Shown here in pieces: positions 1-11,665 of a stretch of 64,000 bases of DNA. Where the stretch lies: assembly GCF_006345805.1 (NCBI RefSeq), contig NC_042998.1, positions 131,998,001-132,062,000 of the forward strand, given 5' to 3'. The position numbers and the translations under genes are program-made. The first letter of the stretch is position 1. Each line of letters starts with the position of its first letter. A model generated the notes under the pieces. It ran no database searches, was not told where the DNA came from, and saw only the letters and a list, made by a program, of their open reading frames with translations. The DNA comes from Octopus sinensis (taxonomy: Eukaryota).

Positions 1-24
1 ATAGTAATAATAATAATAATAATA

Positions 25-62
<38 letters not shown>

Positions 63-90
63 GCAAGAGTAACAATATAACAATAATAAT
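1..90. repeat. (AAT)n microsatellite
   Basis: Near-pure AAT triplets from base 1. Confidence 0.95.
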
Positions 91-569
91 TCGGTCGTTT
101 ATCATTCATCATTTCTGCTACCTGTTAATATGTAAGGTAACGGTATCTATAGAATTGTCTTCATTAGTCAACTCAGCTTACTCAAAATAAATAATAGGGT
201 CGAAAAGATTACTAATGGCATTTGCTTGACAACCATATTATATAGGTTACATACCATTGGAACTGGGGCCCCGGTGCTTATCCTATTCATATTCTGGCTA
301 TCATTTACTGAGAGACTATAAAGGATTAGAAACATGGCCGGGAAAAACAAGAGTGGGGAAGGAAATAGTATGAGCAAAAGCAAGGTCGACTGCAGTAACG
401 TAATCAGGAAGAGGAGGATATTTGTGTGTGTAGGTGTGTATGCATACATATATACATACATGCATACGTATATATATATATATATATACAATTGCAGCGT
501 GGAAGGTGTTTATAAGCCATTTAAGAAACACACAAAAGTCGTTCGATTCACTTCAACATTTAAGTTTAA

Positions 570-619
570 TTTGTCAAAATATTTTCGTCGCTAAAATCCG
601 CGACCTGTTCACTGACAAA
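570..619 (-). ncRNA. Minimal type I hammerhead ribozyme-like motif, G3-C8 core variant
   Basis: Reverse complement reads UUUGUCA-GUGAACA-G-GUCGC(GGAUUUUA)GCGAC-GAAA-AUAU-U-U-UGACAAA: 7-bp stem I, 5-bp stem II, palindromic stem III. Confidence 0.65.
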
Positions 620-701
620 AGTCCGTGCTGCATCTCGGAGATGCAGCACGGTTTTTTGTCAGTGAACAGGTCGCGGATTTTAGCGAGATGCAGCACGGAT
701 T

Positions 702-751
702 TTTGTCAGTGAACAGGTCGCGGATTTTAGCGACGAAAATATTTTGACAAA
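702..751 (+). ncRNA. Minimal type I hammerhead ribozyme-like motif, G3-C8 core variant
   Basis: tttgtca gtgaaca g gtcgc ggatttta gcgac gaaa atat tt tgacaaa. A copy truncated before GAAA lies at 655-686. Confidence 0.65.
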
Positions 752-1104
752 TTAAACTTAAATGTTGAAGTGAATCGAACGGCTTTTGTGTGTTTCTTAA
801 ATGGCTTATAAACACCTTCCACGCTGCAATTGTTTTCGTTTCAGCACACGATCTCAGATCAAATTACTTGCTATGCGAGTACATCTCCGTAATATATATA
901 TATATATATAATATATATATATATGAATACATGTACACATACATATATATCTATACATCTATATTATAATTAAGTACAAATACATTGATATAAATTCATT
1001 AACAATGCTAAATAATGCAATATAAATACATATATATATATATATTATATATATATATATATATACATTCAAATATACATTCATATATGTATTCTTTTTT
1101 TAAT

Positions 1105-1473
1105 TCTTTTATTCGTTTCAGTCATTTAACTGCGGCCATTCTGGAGCATGGCTGCAGACGAAGAAATCGACCCCAGGACTTATTCTTTGTTTGCTTGGTA
1201 CTTATTCTATCTGTTTCTTTTGCCGTACCACTAGGTTACGGAACGTAAACATGCCAACATCGGTTGTCAAGCGATGGTGGGAAGACAGATACAGAAACAT
1301 ATATATATATATATATATATATACGATGGGCTTCTTTCGGTTTCAGTCTTCCAAATCCACTAATAAGGACCGAGAATATAGAAGCCACTTCCCCAAGATG
1401 CCACGCAGTGGGATTGAACCCAAAATCATGTAGGTGGGAAGCAAGCTTCTTACCACACAGCCACACTTGCACC
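1105..1473 (-). mobile_element. tRNA-derived SINE family B, near full length
   Basis: Head GGTGCAAGTGTGGCTGTGTGGTAAG with B-box GGTTCAATCCC, internal (TA)n, and tail ending GACTGAAAC..AAAAG. Confidence 0.85.
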
Positions 1474-2384
1474 TATATGTGTGTGCGTGTAATATATATG
1501 TATGTAAATGTATATATATATGTGTGTATGTATACAATATATATATATATGTATGTATATATAATACAAATAATATATATATGCATATATGGGTAAAGGA
1601 CGTCACCAACAGTGAACAACAAGAAATACGAAAACAAATGTGTTAAACACGCAAATAACGAGAGAACAAAAGGCACAAGTAATATAAAGAACGACCTTTC
1701 ATCAGTTGTCAGCTGTGTATCTACTCCCCATTTCGAGCAATCAACATATGTATATATATTTATGTGTGTGTGTGTATGTGTGTGTGTGTGTAAGTATATG
1801 TGTGTATATGTGTGTATGTATGTATGTATGTACCTACGTAAACACAGTTAAAATATTTCGAATATTTCTTCGTGATTCCCACGTTTATTATAAAGCTAAG
1901 CAGTGTAGCTTTAAAATAAGAGCTGGGTCAATTTGTCTGACTAATCGTTTCAAGATGGCGCCCCAACATGGCCGCATTCCAGTGACTGAAACATGTAAAA
2001 TAAAATTAGTTATTTGTCAGCACTAAAACGCCTTAACAATAGTAATCTTCCTTATTGTGCGTTTTACTAATATGACATTGAAGACATCAAAATGTCACTA
2101 GTGGTTTTATATTTTTATGTGAGTAAATAAATAAGTCACGTAATCTGCGTTACGGGTTAGTAGAATGTCTGACGCGTTTTTTCAATTTTTTAGCTTTTTT
2201 CTAGGTTACAATTGAAATTTTTATAACTGATATTTCCACATATTGATCTTTATATATTGTCACGCTGCTTCTTTTCTTCGGTTGTTTTCATAAATGACGC
2301 CGTGAAACTCAGATTGAAGATTCAGAGAGCGTCAGATTTTAATTTATAGTCTACGTTACGTAATCTTTTATCTTTTATTTTAGA

Positions 2385-2987
2385 CTACAGCATCGCCTTG
2401 AAGGGGATTTAATCTAACAAATCGACCCCAGTACTAATTTTTTAAAGCCTTTTACGTATTCTGTCAGGTTCTTTTGCTGAACTGCTAAGCTACGGAGATG
2501 TAAAGAAGCCAATAACGGTTGTTAGTCGGCGGTGAGGGACAAGCACAAACACAAAGATACACACACAAAGATATGTGCATGTGGTGGGGCGTTTTATATG
2601 TGTGTGTGTCTGTGTTTGTCCTCTCACTATCGCTTGACAACCGATGCTGTGAGTTTATATCCCCGTAACTTAGTGGTTCGGCAATAAAAAACGATAGAAT
2701 TAGTACTAGGCTTACAAAAAATAAGTCTTGGGGCCGATTTCTTCGACTAAAACCCTTTAAGGCGGTGCACCAGTGTGGCCGCAGTCAACTGTCTGAAACA
2801 AGTAAAAGAATAAAACAATAAAGAATATATACAACGGGCTTCTTTCAGTTTCCATTTACCAAATGCACTCACAAGGATTTGGTCGGCCCAGGGACATTAT
2901 AGATGACACTTGCCGAAGGTGTCACGCAGTGGGACAGAACCCAGAACCATGTGGTTGGGAAGCAGACTTCTTACCATACAGCCACTC
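2385..2987. mobile_element. Three adjacent partial SINE B copies (- at ~2385-2575, + at ~2595-2825, - at ~2830-2987)
   Basis: Each matches a part of the SINE B consensus seen in fuller copies such as 23890-24291. Confidence 0.8.
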
Positions 2988-3034
2988 AGTAAACACAAAC
3001 GCTCACTAACTTATAATTCAATCTGTGTTTATTG

Positions 3035-3195
3035 TCGCCTGCCTACGTTCTGCGTTCAAATTCCGCCGAGGTCGACTTTGCCTTTCATCCTTTCGGGGTC
3101 GATAAATTAAGTACCAGCTGCGTAATGGGTGGATCTAATCGATTGGCCCCTTCTCCAAAAGATTTCAGGCATTGTGCCTAGAGTAGAAAAGGATC
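3035..3195 (+). mobile_element. tRNA-derived SINE family A, 5'-truncated
   Basis: GTTCAAATTCCGCCGAGGTCGACTTTGCCTTTCATCCTTTCGGGGTCGATAAATTAAGTACCAG, ending TTGTGCCTAGAGTAGAAAAGG. Confidence 0.85.
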
Positions 3196-3539
3196 TGGGT
3201 TTATTGTATGAGGAAACAACATCGGTGTAGAGCTGAATCGATAGAAATAGTTCGACAAAATAAATAACTCACTGAAATAACCAAAATGATAGGACAAGCA
3301 AAGACAATGAAATGGGGCTTTTTTTGGTGGTGGTGATGGTGGGTTACACATCAGTCCGGCAAAGCCTCTGATTGAAATTGATAATATATTTTACCTCATT
3401 GAATGGATGTACAATAGTATTGTAACGCGAGCGCCAAGATTAACACACCTCGGACACACAGATCTTGTTCTCTCAAACTATTTCAACTATGCAACCTTGA
3501 ACACTAAACATGACACGGCTTTTGTTTCACTGACTAGAT

Positions 3540-3575
3540 CTAGTAGTGGCAGTAGTAGTAGTAGTAGTAGTAGTA

Positions 3576-3653
<78 letters not shown>

Positions 3654-3800
3654 GTAGTGGTGGTGGTGGTGTGGTGGTGGTGGTCGTCGTCGTCGTCGTC
3701 GTCGTCGTAGCCGTCGTTGTGGTAGTGCTTGTGGCGTCGTTGTCGTTGTCGTTGTGGTATAGCTTGGTGGTGTCGTTGTCGCCGTAGTAGTGGTTGTTGT
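3540..3800. repeat. Compound (GTA)n/(GGT)n/(GTC)n/(GTT)n microsatellite
   Basis: Direct inspection; it explains the poly-Val ORF at 3407-3787. Confidence 0.95.
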
Positions 3801-5435
3801 TGATGTTGCGATGGGTGTTAGTGGTGATCGGTGTCGCTATCGAAATGCATTATCAACGGTTTTTCATTGCGCGCTCGGTCAGCCAACGATGTGTTTCGAC
3901 TTCTTGTCGCTTCTGTACGTTGAGGCGCTTGACTCATTTCCGCAGACGTTGCAGATTTATGCTGTTCAGAGTTATGCTGTTCAGCTCGGACTCAGTTGAT
4001 CCGTGTCTACATAAGCGGATGCTATTACCATCATGGTATTGTGCGCAATAAAAATCGAAGCGGTCGACACCATTATGAAAGAACTACAGAATAACATGTA
4101 CAACCTAGTTAAAGTTCTGTGGGTATAGTTCAAACCAGATATCCATGTGTACAAAAACTGGGAACAACTTGTAAACAGACGGCTAGTTTTACTCAGATGT
4201 TAGCCAAGATGAAACTGTTCCTCTGAGATCGGGCATAGTGGTTGTATAGAACCACTACATTATCCTACCTTGTTCCAGGAAATATTTGACCAGATTAGAG
4301 CATATGTTATTTACATTGTTGCTTCACTCTACCGCTTGTCTTGGATAAAGGGATGCATGAATGAAAGTGTCTTGGGGACGGCTTTTGTTGCTAGTAAAAG
4401 AAATTGTGTATGTGTGTGTGTGTGTCTGTCTGTCTGTACCTCTGTGCACACGCACAAGCTGAGTTGAAAGTACGTATCAAATACGAACTCGCGTGTTTCA
4501 GAAAAGATATAAAATTACCTTAAGAATTGGATGTTAGTTTTATGTATTCGTTTTTATTGTTGTACTGGATTTGAATTGGCCCAATATACAGAGAGAATAG
4601 AAGACTTTTCTTGTGATTTTACATTTCGGGGTTTTGACATCAGACAAATTTCGCTTAGATATTAAAATACATGTCATACGCTGTGATGACGATAGGTGGT
4701 GATTCTTTTAAAAATGGTAGTAACATTTAAACCCAGAAAGAAATTCTACATATTGAAATAAAATACAAGCAAAAAATTAGTTATACAGATAGACATATTG
4801 TAAAAAAAACTAATTATATTCGTATCTTGACACATAAAATGATAATAGTTTCGCTAGGACAGCTAACCAAAATCACTTACTGCATACAAGTCGGATTTCG
4901 AGAAAGAGAGAGAGAAATGAAGAATAACATGAGAGGGATGTATTATAGTGTTTTCTTACCCAAGTAGTAGATTCAGAAACAGAAAAGAGCATCCACTGTG
5001 TCTGAACTAGGTCGATAGACTGATGAAGTAAGTATATATGAATTATATAAACTTCTGGCTTTCCCACAATATAGCGAGCTTTCATATACCCACAAAATAC
5101 AGTTAGAAGACACTTGCCGGATCTTTGGAATGACGTAGATTTTTTCGACCGAAAAGAGCATATGGAAGTGTGCACTGGTCTTTGGAACGGTGAATGAAAG
5201 GAATCAATAAACGAGCTGGAACATCACACATCCTCTCACACAAGTGCCACAATATTGAGACAATGCCATACAAGGGGTATAGCGAAGAATGTTAGCTTGT
5301 CGTCTTCTTTACTGCGCAGTATGGACAGGTAGGGATTGTATATGTAAGAAAATACATGTGGTTGGATTGGTTTCACTTATGCGTGGTTTTATTTATGTTT
5401 ATTTATGTTTCATATTTATGTTTCATATTTATGTT

Positions 5436-5866
5436 TCAAGAATTTGTCTTATGAAGAAAGGCTGAAGACGCTCGACCTTTATTCTCTAGAAAAACGACGA
5501 CGCCGTGGTGATCTTATTCTTGCTCACAACATCATAAGCGGAAAGTGTAACCTCTCGAAAGAGCTGTTCTTCACTCCTGCTCCAGAGCGTCGGCTGCGGG
5601 GTCACTCCAAAAAGCTCTATCTGCGACGATTTGATCTCAATCGAAGGAGAGGGGCTTTCTCCGTCCGGGTTGCGGATACGTGGAATAAGCTGCCGGACGA
5701 GATGGTGAAGATGCCGACGACCGCTTGGTTCAAAGTCTCCCTTGACCACAAGTGGCCTGAACTCTTTTCATGAACATCACCCTGTACATAACTCCATGTC
5801 CCCCTACATGGCCTTGCTTTTTGCTTTTTGAGCCAAAAATTAACTAATTAACTAATTAACTAATAT
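5436..5866 (+). mobile_element. CR1-clade LINE, 3' fragment (ORF2 C-terminus plus tail)
   Basis: Translation LSYEERLKTLDLYSLEKRRRRGDLI...RLRGHSKKL...FSVRVADTWNKLP...FKVSLD matches the CR1 ORF2 C-terminal pattern. The stop at 5773 is followed by a short UTR and an (AACTAATT)n-like tail. Confidence 0.88.
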
Positions 5867-5879
5867 ACTTATATCGGAT

Positions 5880-6221
5880 TTGAGATCATACTGAAGATTA
5901 ACGAAATGGGTAAGTGGAGAAACAACAGGATAAGAGTGGCAATAGATTTAACGAATATTATCTGGAAAATAGAAACACTGAAATGGTCTTTCGTAGGACA
6001 TGTGTTTAGAATGAAGGACAATAGGTGGAATACCTAACTGACAGAGTGGACACCACGTCCAGAAAAAAGAAAGAGAGGAAGCCCATGCAAAAGATGGAAT
6101 GAAGACTTAGTTAAATTCTTTGACATTCAAACATGAATGAGGAAAACAGACCATGGCTGGTGGAGAGAACATACGGAAGCATTCGTTCAGCAGTGGACTG
6201 AATATATGCAAGGGTGATGAT
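5880..6221 (+). mobile_element. RTE-clade LINE, degenerate 3' fragment
   Basis: From 5942: IETLKWSFVGHVFRMKDNRWNT*LTEWTPRPEKRKRGSPCKRWNEDL...WWREHTEAFVQQW, the RTE C-terminal signature with two in-frame stops. Confidence 0.85.
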
Positions 6222-6357
6222 ACTTGTATCGGAGTGACATGTGTGTGTGTGTGTGTGTGTAATCTTATAAGAATTTAGAAACTTTGAGAGGACGTGAAAT
6301 AATTCGCTTTTAACTGCAGAAAACCAAGTAGATAAAATTAGAAGCAACAATTTTTTT

Positions 6358-6550
6358 TTCTATAGGCAAACGGCCGAACATTCTAAGGGTGCTTGATAGT
6401 CGATTACATCGAACTCACTGCATAACTAGTACTTATTTCATGGACCCCCAAGTCAACCACGGCGGTATTTGAACTCAGAACATAAAACCAAATGTAATAC
6501 TGCTAAGCATTTTATCCAGTACGGTAACGATTCCGCCTGTTCACCGCACA
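6358..6550 (-). mobile_element. SINE A, diverged copy
   Basis: Degenerate match including atttgaactcagaac and ctaagcattt. Confidence 0.7.
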
Positions 6551-6669
6551 AACTAAAGCTATAAATAATATCATATAAATACTGAGTTTAAAAAACCCTT
6601 TGCCAAAAGATGCTATTATTTACAGCTTTAACCACTTCGAGTACCACAGTTAAAAATTAATCATTTCAT

Positions 6670-6782
6670 ACGTATACATACACACATACATACATACATA
6701 CATACATACATACATACATACATACATACATACATACATACATACATACATACATACATACACACACATATATATATATATA
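6670..6782. repeat. (TACA)n/(TA)n microsatellite
   Basis: Direct inspection. Confidence 0.95.
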
Positions 6783-6789
6783 TCTTCTT

Positions 6790-7301
6790 TCCACCATGAA
6801 AGAAAAGAACTATTGGGAGAGGCTTAGGGAACTCAATTTGTACTCCTTGGAACGAAGACGAGAGAGATATGCAGTGATATACATATGGAAGATCCTGGAG
6901 GGACTAGCACCAAATTTTGGAATTGAGAGCTGTTCCAATCCCCGTACAGGACGTCACTGTGTGGTGCCAAAGGTCCCGTCTTCCACATCCAGGGTAAGGA
7001 GCAGATACTGTGATAGCCTGGGGTTCAGGGGCCCTCAGCTGTTCAACAAACTGCCAAGAAAACTGAGAGATCTACATGATGCGGATGTGGACATTTTCAA
7101 AAAACATCTAGACAAGCTGCTTTCCGGGATCCCAGATGAACCCACTGCAAGGTACGAAGGTAACCTAAGGGCAGCAGCTACAAACTCTCTCTTAGATCAG
7201 TGGCCAGCCACGGCAAACTGGACTTAGAGAGGGTAGCAACAAGGGCGGTGCCCCAGCATGGCCTCAGCCGGATGGCTGAAACAAGTAAAAGAGTAAAAGA
7301 G

Positions 7302-7303
<2 letters not shown>
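6790..7303 (+). mobile_element. L2/CR1-group LINE (Crack/Daphne-like), 3' fragment with intact 3' tail
   Basis: Open frame 6796-7227: NYWERLRELNLYSLERRRERYAVIYIWKILEGL...GPQLFNKLP...FKKHLDKLLSGIPDEP...AATNSLLDQ. It ends GGCGGTGCCCCAGCATGGCC..GCTGAAACAAGTAAAAGAGTAAAAGAG. The exact clade is inferred. Confidence 0.85.
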
Positions 7304-7337
<34 letters not shown>

Positions 7338-8694
7338 GAGTTCTTTTAAAACTTTTGTTAATTTTTCATATTTATAAGTTATTAGGACAGAAGTAATATT
7401 AGTTCCGAATAGCAATCTGTATGTCTTACTTAACATGGATATATTGTAAGAACGCCATAATACTGCGGTATTCGTCTTGAGAAAGCATCGCGTATAGGTA
7501 TATAGTGCTAAAAGCACATTAATATCAGCAGCAGATGAACAATATCAAATTGTGTAGTCTTTTGCCCTACCCTAGATTTTACATGCATGTAGGTGTGTGT
7601 GTATGCATGTATGTGTCTACGCATATATTTGCATACCAATCTACATTGATGCATCGAGTTAAAGGGACTTGAGACGACACATTTTCTTTCTTTCTTTCTT
7701 TATTTCTTTCATTTTCGTTCTTTTAAATTGTCCTCATTCATTAAGCTGCCACCCTGCAGGGGCATCCTCTTTGAATAATTTAGTTGATCACACCAATTCT
7801 GGTATTTATTTCAACCTTGGATTTACTTTATCGAATCCGTTAAATGAAAGATCATATATTTCATTTTAGACAATTGCATACAAGCATTTACACCGTGCTG
7901 TGTTATGACCCTGTAACTCAAAGCATCGATATAGAGCGGTGTACACACATATACATTCATATGTGTGTATTAGTATACGCGTGTGAGTGTACATATTATA
8001 AATCCGTGTGTGTGCATGCGTGTTTGTAATTAAAACTATTTCTCATTTGAGGAAAGTTTTCTGTAAATTGAAACCGCGATACAGATTTTCTTATTTTTAG
8101 GACAATATATGAAGGCTACACCTTCTATAAATGTGCTATTTCGCATCTAAGTATCTACGAATGAAATATATGCGAGATTCTTCGTCATCGATGTCGTATA
8201 TGTCTCCAAGTCAAAAGTAAAAAAGAAAAAGGAAAACACTTGTTTGTACATTACTTATCCTTAGGGAATTAATCAGGAGGTTTTATGCTTCGTTAGAAGG
8301 AAACAATGCTACTAAATTGAGTGTGATTCATGTCAAAGCTTACGGTTATTATATTACGTATTAGATCGGTATTTCCCAACAAAGGTTTCGCAATATGTCG
8401 CTAAAGGTTGCAAGAAAATAGTGGTATATTATATGTAATTATATGTAAATGCATTTTGTAGTAATTTTTTAAAAAATATAATATTGCATTCGTAATTTTA
8501 TTATATATGCACAACATATGCGTCACATGTAGGTAGGAAGGAAACCCCGCGGAGGAACGGCTTTTAATATAGAACTGTAACAGAAAATTTGTTCTTAACA
8601 ATTTGGTTAAGATATTATTTATTCAACCCTCTTTGTAGCTCAGAAATGACTCGCTGAAAGTCTCTTCATCTCTTATACTTCAAACTGGAGATTA

Positions 8695-8835
8695 TAAGGT
8701 TGTCCCAAAAGTTCGTAGAAAGTCTTGGAAAATAATGGTCTTTATTTTGAGGAATAATTTTTGATGTTTTTGTTTGTACTTGGCGAGTAAAAATTCAATT
8801 TTCGCAAGTGTTTACGAACTTTTGGGACAACCTAA
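8695..8835. mobile_element. Mariner-type MITE (~140 bp)
   Basis: Perfect 21-bp TIR AGGTTGTCCCAAAAGTTCGTA (8697-8717 and 8813-8833), with TA on both flanks. Confidence 0.8.
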
Positions 8836-8852
8836 TATAATGATCTAATATA

Positions 8853-10216
8853 GCTTTCAAATTTTAGCACAAGGCCAGCAATTTTAAGGAAGGTGACTAG
8901 TCGATTACATCGACCCCACTGCTCAATTTATACGTATTTCATCGACTCCGAAAGGAAGACAGGCAAACATGATCTCGGCGAAATTTGAACACAGAACCCA
9001 AAGAGCTGGGAGAAATGTCGCCAAACATTTTGTCCGATGTGCTAACAAACTCTGCCAGCTCGCCGCCTTAAAAATAATAATAATCCTTTCTATTATAGGC
9101 ACAAGGTCTTGATTTTGTGGGGAAGGGACAGCCGATCACATCGATCCCAGTACTCAACAGGTACTTAATCTATCGATCCCGAAAGGATGAAAGGCAAAGT
9201 TGACCACAGCGGAATTTGAACCCAGAAAGTTGTGACAAACGAAATACCGCTAAGCATTTCACCTGGCATGCTAACGATTCTTCCAGCTCACCGCCTTAAA
9301 CTTGAAATAATAACAATGGTTTCAAATTTTACCACAAGCGCAGCAATTTTAGGGGAGGGGACTAATCGATGACATCGACCCCAGTGTTCAACTGGTACTT
9401 ATTTTATAGAAAAGATGAAGGGCAAAATCGACCTCGGTGGAATTTGAACTCAGAACGTAGCGACGGGCGAAATATGACTAAGCATTTCGTCCAGCGTACC
9501 AGCGATTCTGCCAGTTCGCCACCTTAATAATAATAATAATAATTTCAAATTTTGGCACAAGGTCAGCAATTTCAGGGCGGTGAGTAAGTCGGTTGTATTA
9601 ACCCCAGTACTCAACGGGTACTTACATTGTCGACCTCGAAAGGATGAAAGACAAAGTCGAACTCGGCGAAATTTGAACTCAGAATATGAAGACGGACGAA
9701 ATGCCGCTAAGCCACCTTTACAAGACTACTAATATTGGTTTCAAATCTTGTCATAAGTAGTTAGTGCGGAAGGGGTAAGTCAATTACATAGACTCCAGCG
9801 CTCAACTGGTACTATATTTATTGTCTCCGAAAGAATAAAAGTTAAAGTTGACCTCGATGGAATTTGAACTCAGAACCTAAAGAGCTCGAAGAATTGTCAT
9901 TAAGCATTTTTCCTGGCGTACTAATGAATCTGCCAACTTGCTGCCTAGCAATGTTCTGATAATAAGCGTTCCACAAGCTTCTGAATCGAACCAGATGATG
10001 GCGGGGTATTGGTCTACTCTAGGCACAAGGCTCGAAATTTTGGGGGGAAGGTGGCCAATGGATTAGATCGACCCCCAGTATGCAAGTGGTACTTAATTTA
10101 TCGACCCCGAAAGGATGAGAGGCAAAGTCGACCTCGGCGGAATTTGAACTCAAGACAGACAAAAAACCGCTAAGCATTTCGCCCAGCATGTTAATGATTC
10201 TGCCAGCTCGCCGTCT
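8853..10216 (-). mobile_element. Head-to-tail array of six SINE A copies
   Basis: Copies at about 8853-9069, 9085-9297, 9318-9525, 9543-9718, 9737-9946 and 10013-10216. All lie on the - strand, are mutually diverged, and are mostly separated by short AAT tracts. Confidence 0.88.
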
Positions 10217-10599
10217 TTCTAAATCGTGTTTAATTCACCGCACTGGTACATGTGCATTCCTTCCCGCAAAGTGCTTGCGCATGCGCTCACTTCTATTTTA
10301 AGTTTGCTTTAATAGTCGATCTCCATTTTATACAACAAAACTCTTTTAACAAATCCTGATATACCATAACACTTTTAGTACTTAATTTAATGTGCCAAAG
10401 AGTTTCAAATCACTGGTCTAGTATCATTTATATGCGAATGATAGCATTTATGATTCATGTGTATTTATTTATTTCGGAAACATCGACTCGAAGTAGATTA
10501 GATCTTCCCATATGCATTTGAATAATAAACTATCCTGCTAGCAAAAAAATTCACAGAGCAATTATTTTCTGAAAATTAAATGATAAAGTTAAAACAGAA

Positions 10600-10620
10600 T
10601 ATATATATATTATATATATA

Positions 10621-10677
<57 letters not shown>

Positions 10678-10689
10678 TGTGTGTGTATG

Positions 10690-10728
<39 letters not shown>

Positions 10729-10890
10729 ATGTATATATATGTATGTATGTATATATGTATGTATCAAAACAGTCTGATTCAAATTCCTTGGTACTCTGAG
10801 TTTCAAGCGTGTCGCTAGTGTTCAGCCATGGAGTCTGAATGTGTTGAATGTCCTTCTTTTGTTTGTCTACTCACTCGTGTATATATATAT

Positions 10891-10945
<55 letters not shown>
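10600..10945. repeat. (TA)n/(TG)n/(TATG)n microsatellites
   Basis: Direct inspection. Confidence 0.9.
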
Positions 10946-10946
<1 letters not shown>

Positions 10947-11061
10947 GTCAATTCAAATAAACAATCACTTCAAATAAATGAAGAATGAAATAAACAGATA
11001 AGAGGACGTACGCAAGAAATGCATAAGCCTGACGCTAGGTAAATAGAGTCTGACGTTTCTA

Positions 11062-11108
<47 letters not shown>

Positions 11109-11597
11109 CGTGTGTATGTGTGTATGTACATACGTACATACATGCATCCATGCATACATACATACATACATACATACATACATACATACATACATACATA
11201 CATACATACATACTTTCTACTATAGGCAAAACGCCTATTTGGTGGAGGGGACAAGTCTATTATATCGACCCCAGTGTTTCACCGATACTTAATTTATCGA
11301 CTCCGAACAGATGAAAGACAAAGTCGGCCTCGGCGATGTAATTCTTCATATATCAAACGCTACACTGAAGAGAATCTTACTTACAAGCATGGATTTTTAT
11401 AATTATAATTTTATTATGGGTAAGAAGCAAAACAATTGTATGCAATTTGCATTTAATAACTTTTATTTATTATATTATATTTTATTATATTATATTATAT
11501 TATATTATATTGCTATAAGAATATAATATAATATTATGTTAATAAATTTTTATTTTTGAATTGATAATTGTATATCTTCATTTTCTCTTCATTTATA

Positions 11598-11665
<68 letters not shown>

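Larger units (their letters stand above)
488..890. mobile_element. Fold-back repeat remnant carrying hammerhead motifs, probably a Penelope-like element terminus
   Basis: Arms 488-636 and 685-833 are near-perfect reverse complements around a hairpin centred at 637, with an extra 47-bp tandem copy of the right-arm start. The + copy continues to about 890. No RT or GIY-YIG ORF is visible, so the PLE assignment is inferred. Confidence 0.6.

Noticed and set aside
3790-4051. CpG-rich unique patch with two short ORFs
   Set aside because: No recognisable motif in any frame I translated and no clear splice pair; it could be conserved non-coding DNA but that cannot be shown here.
4873-5330. Unique sequence with GTAAGT-like donors on both strands
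   Set aside because: No consistent acceptor/donor/open-frame combination giving a recognisable peptide.
8853-10216. CRISPR-like or tRNA gene cluster interpretation of the regular ~220-bp array
   Set aside because: The units are diverged SINE copies with A/B boxes but no cloverleaf, and they lack identical short repeats with unique spacers.
10261-10290. GCGCATGCGC (NRF1-like) and TTCCCGC motifs
   Set aside because: Alternating purine-pyrimidine repeats generate similar strings elsewhere (for example near 50348); not distinguishable from chance.
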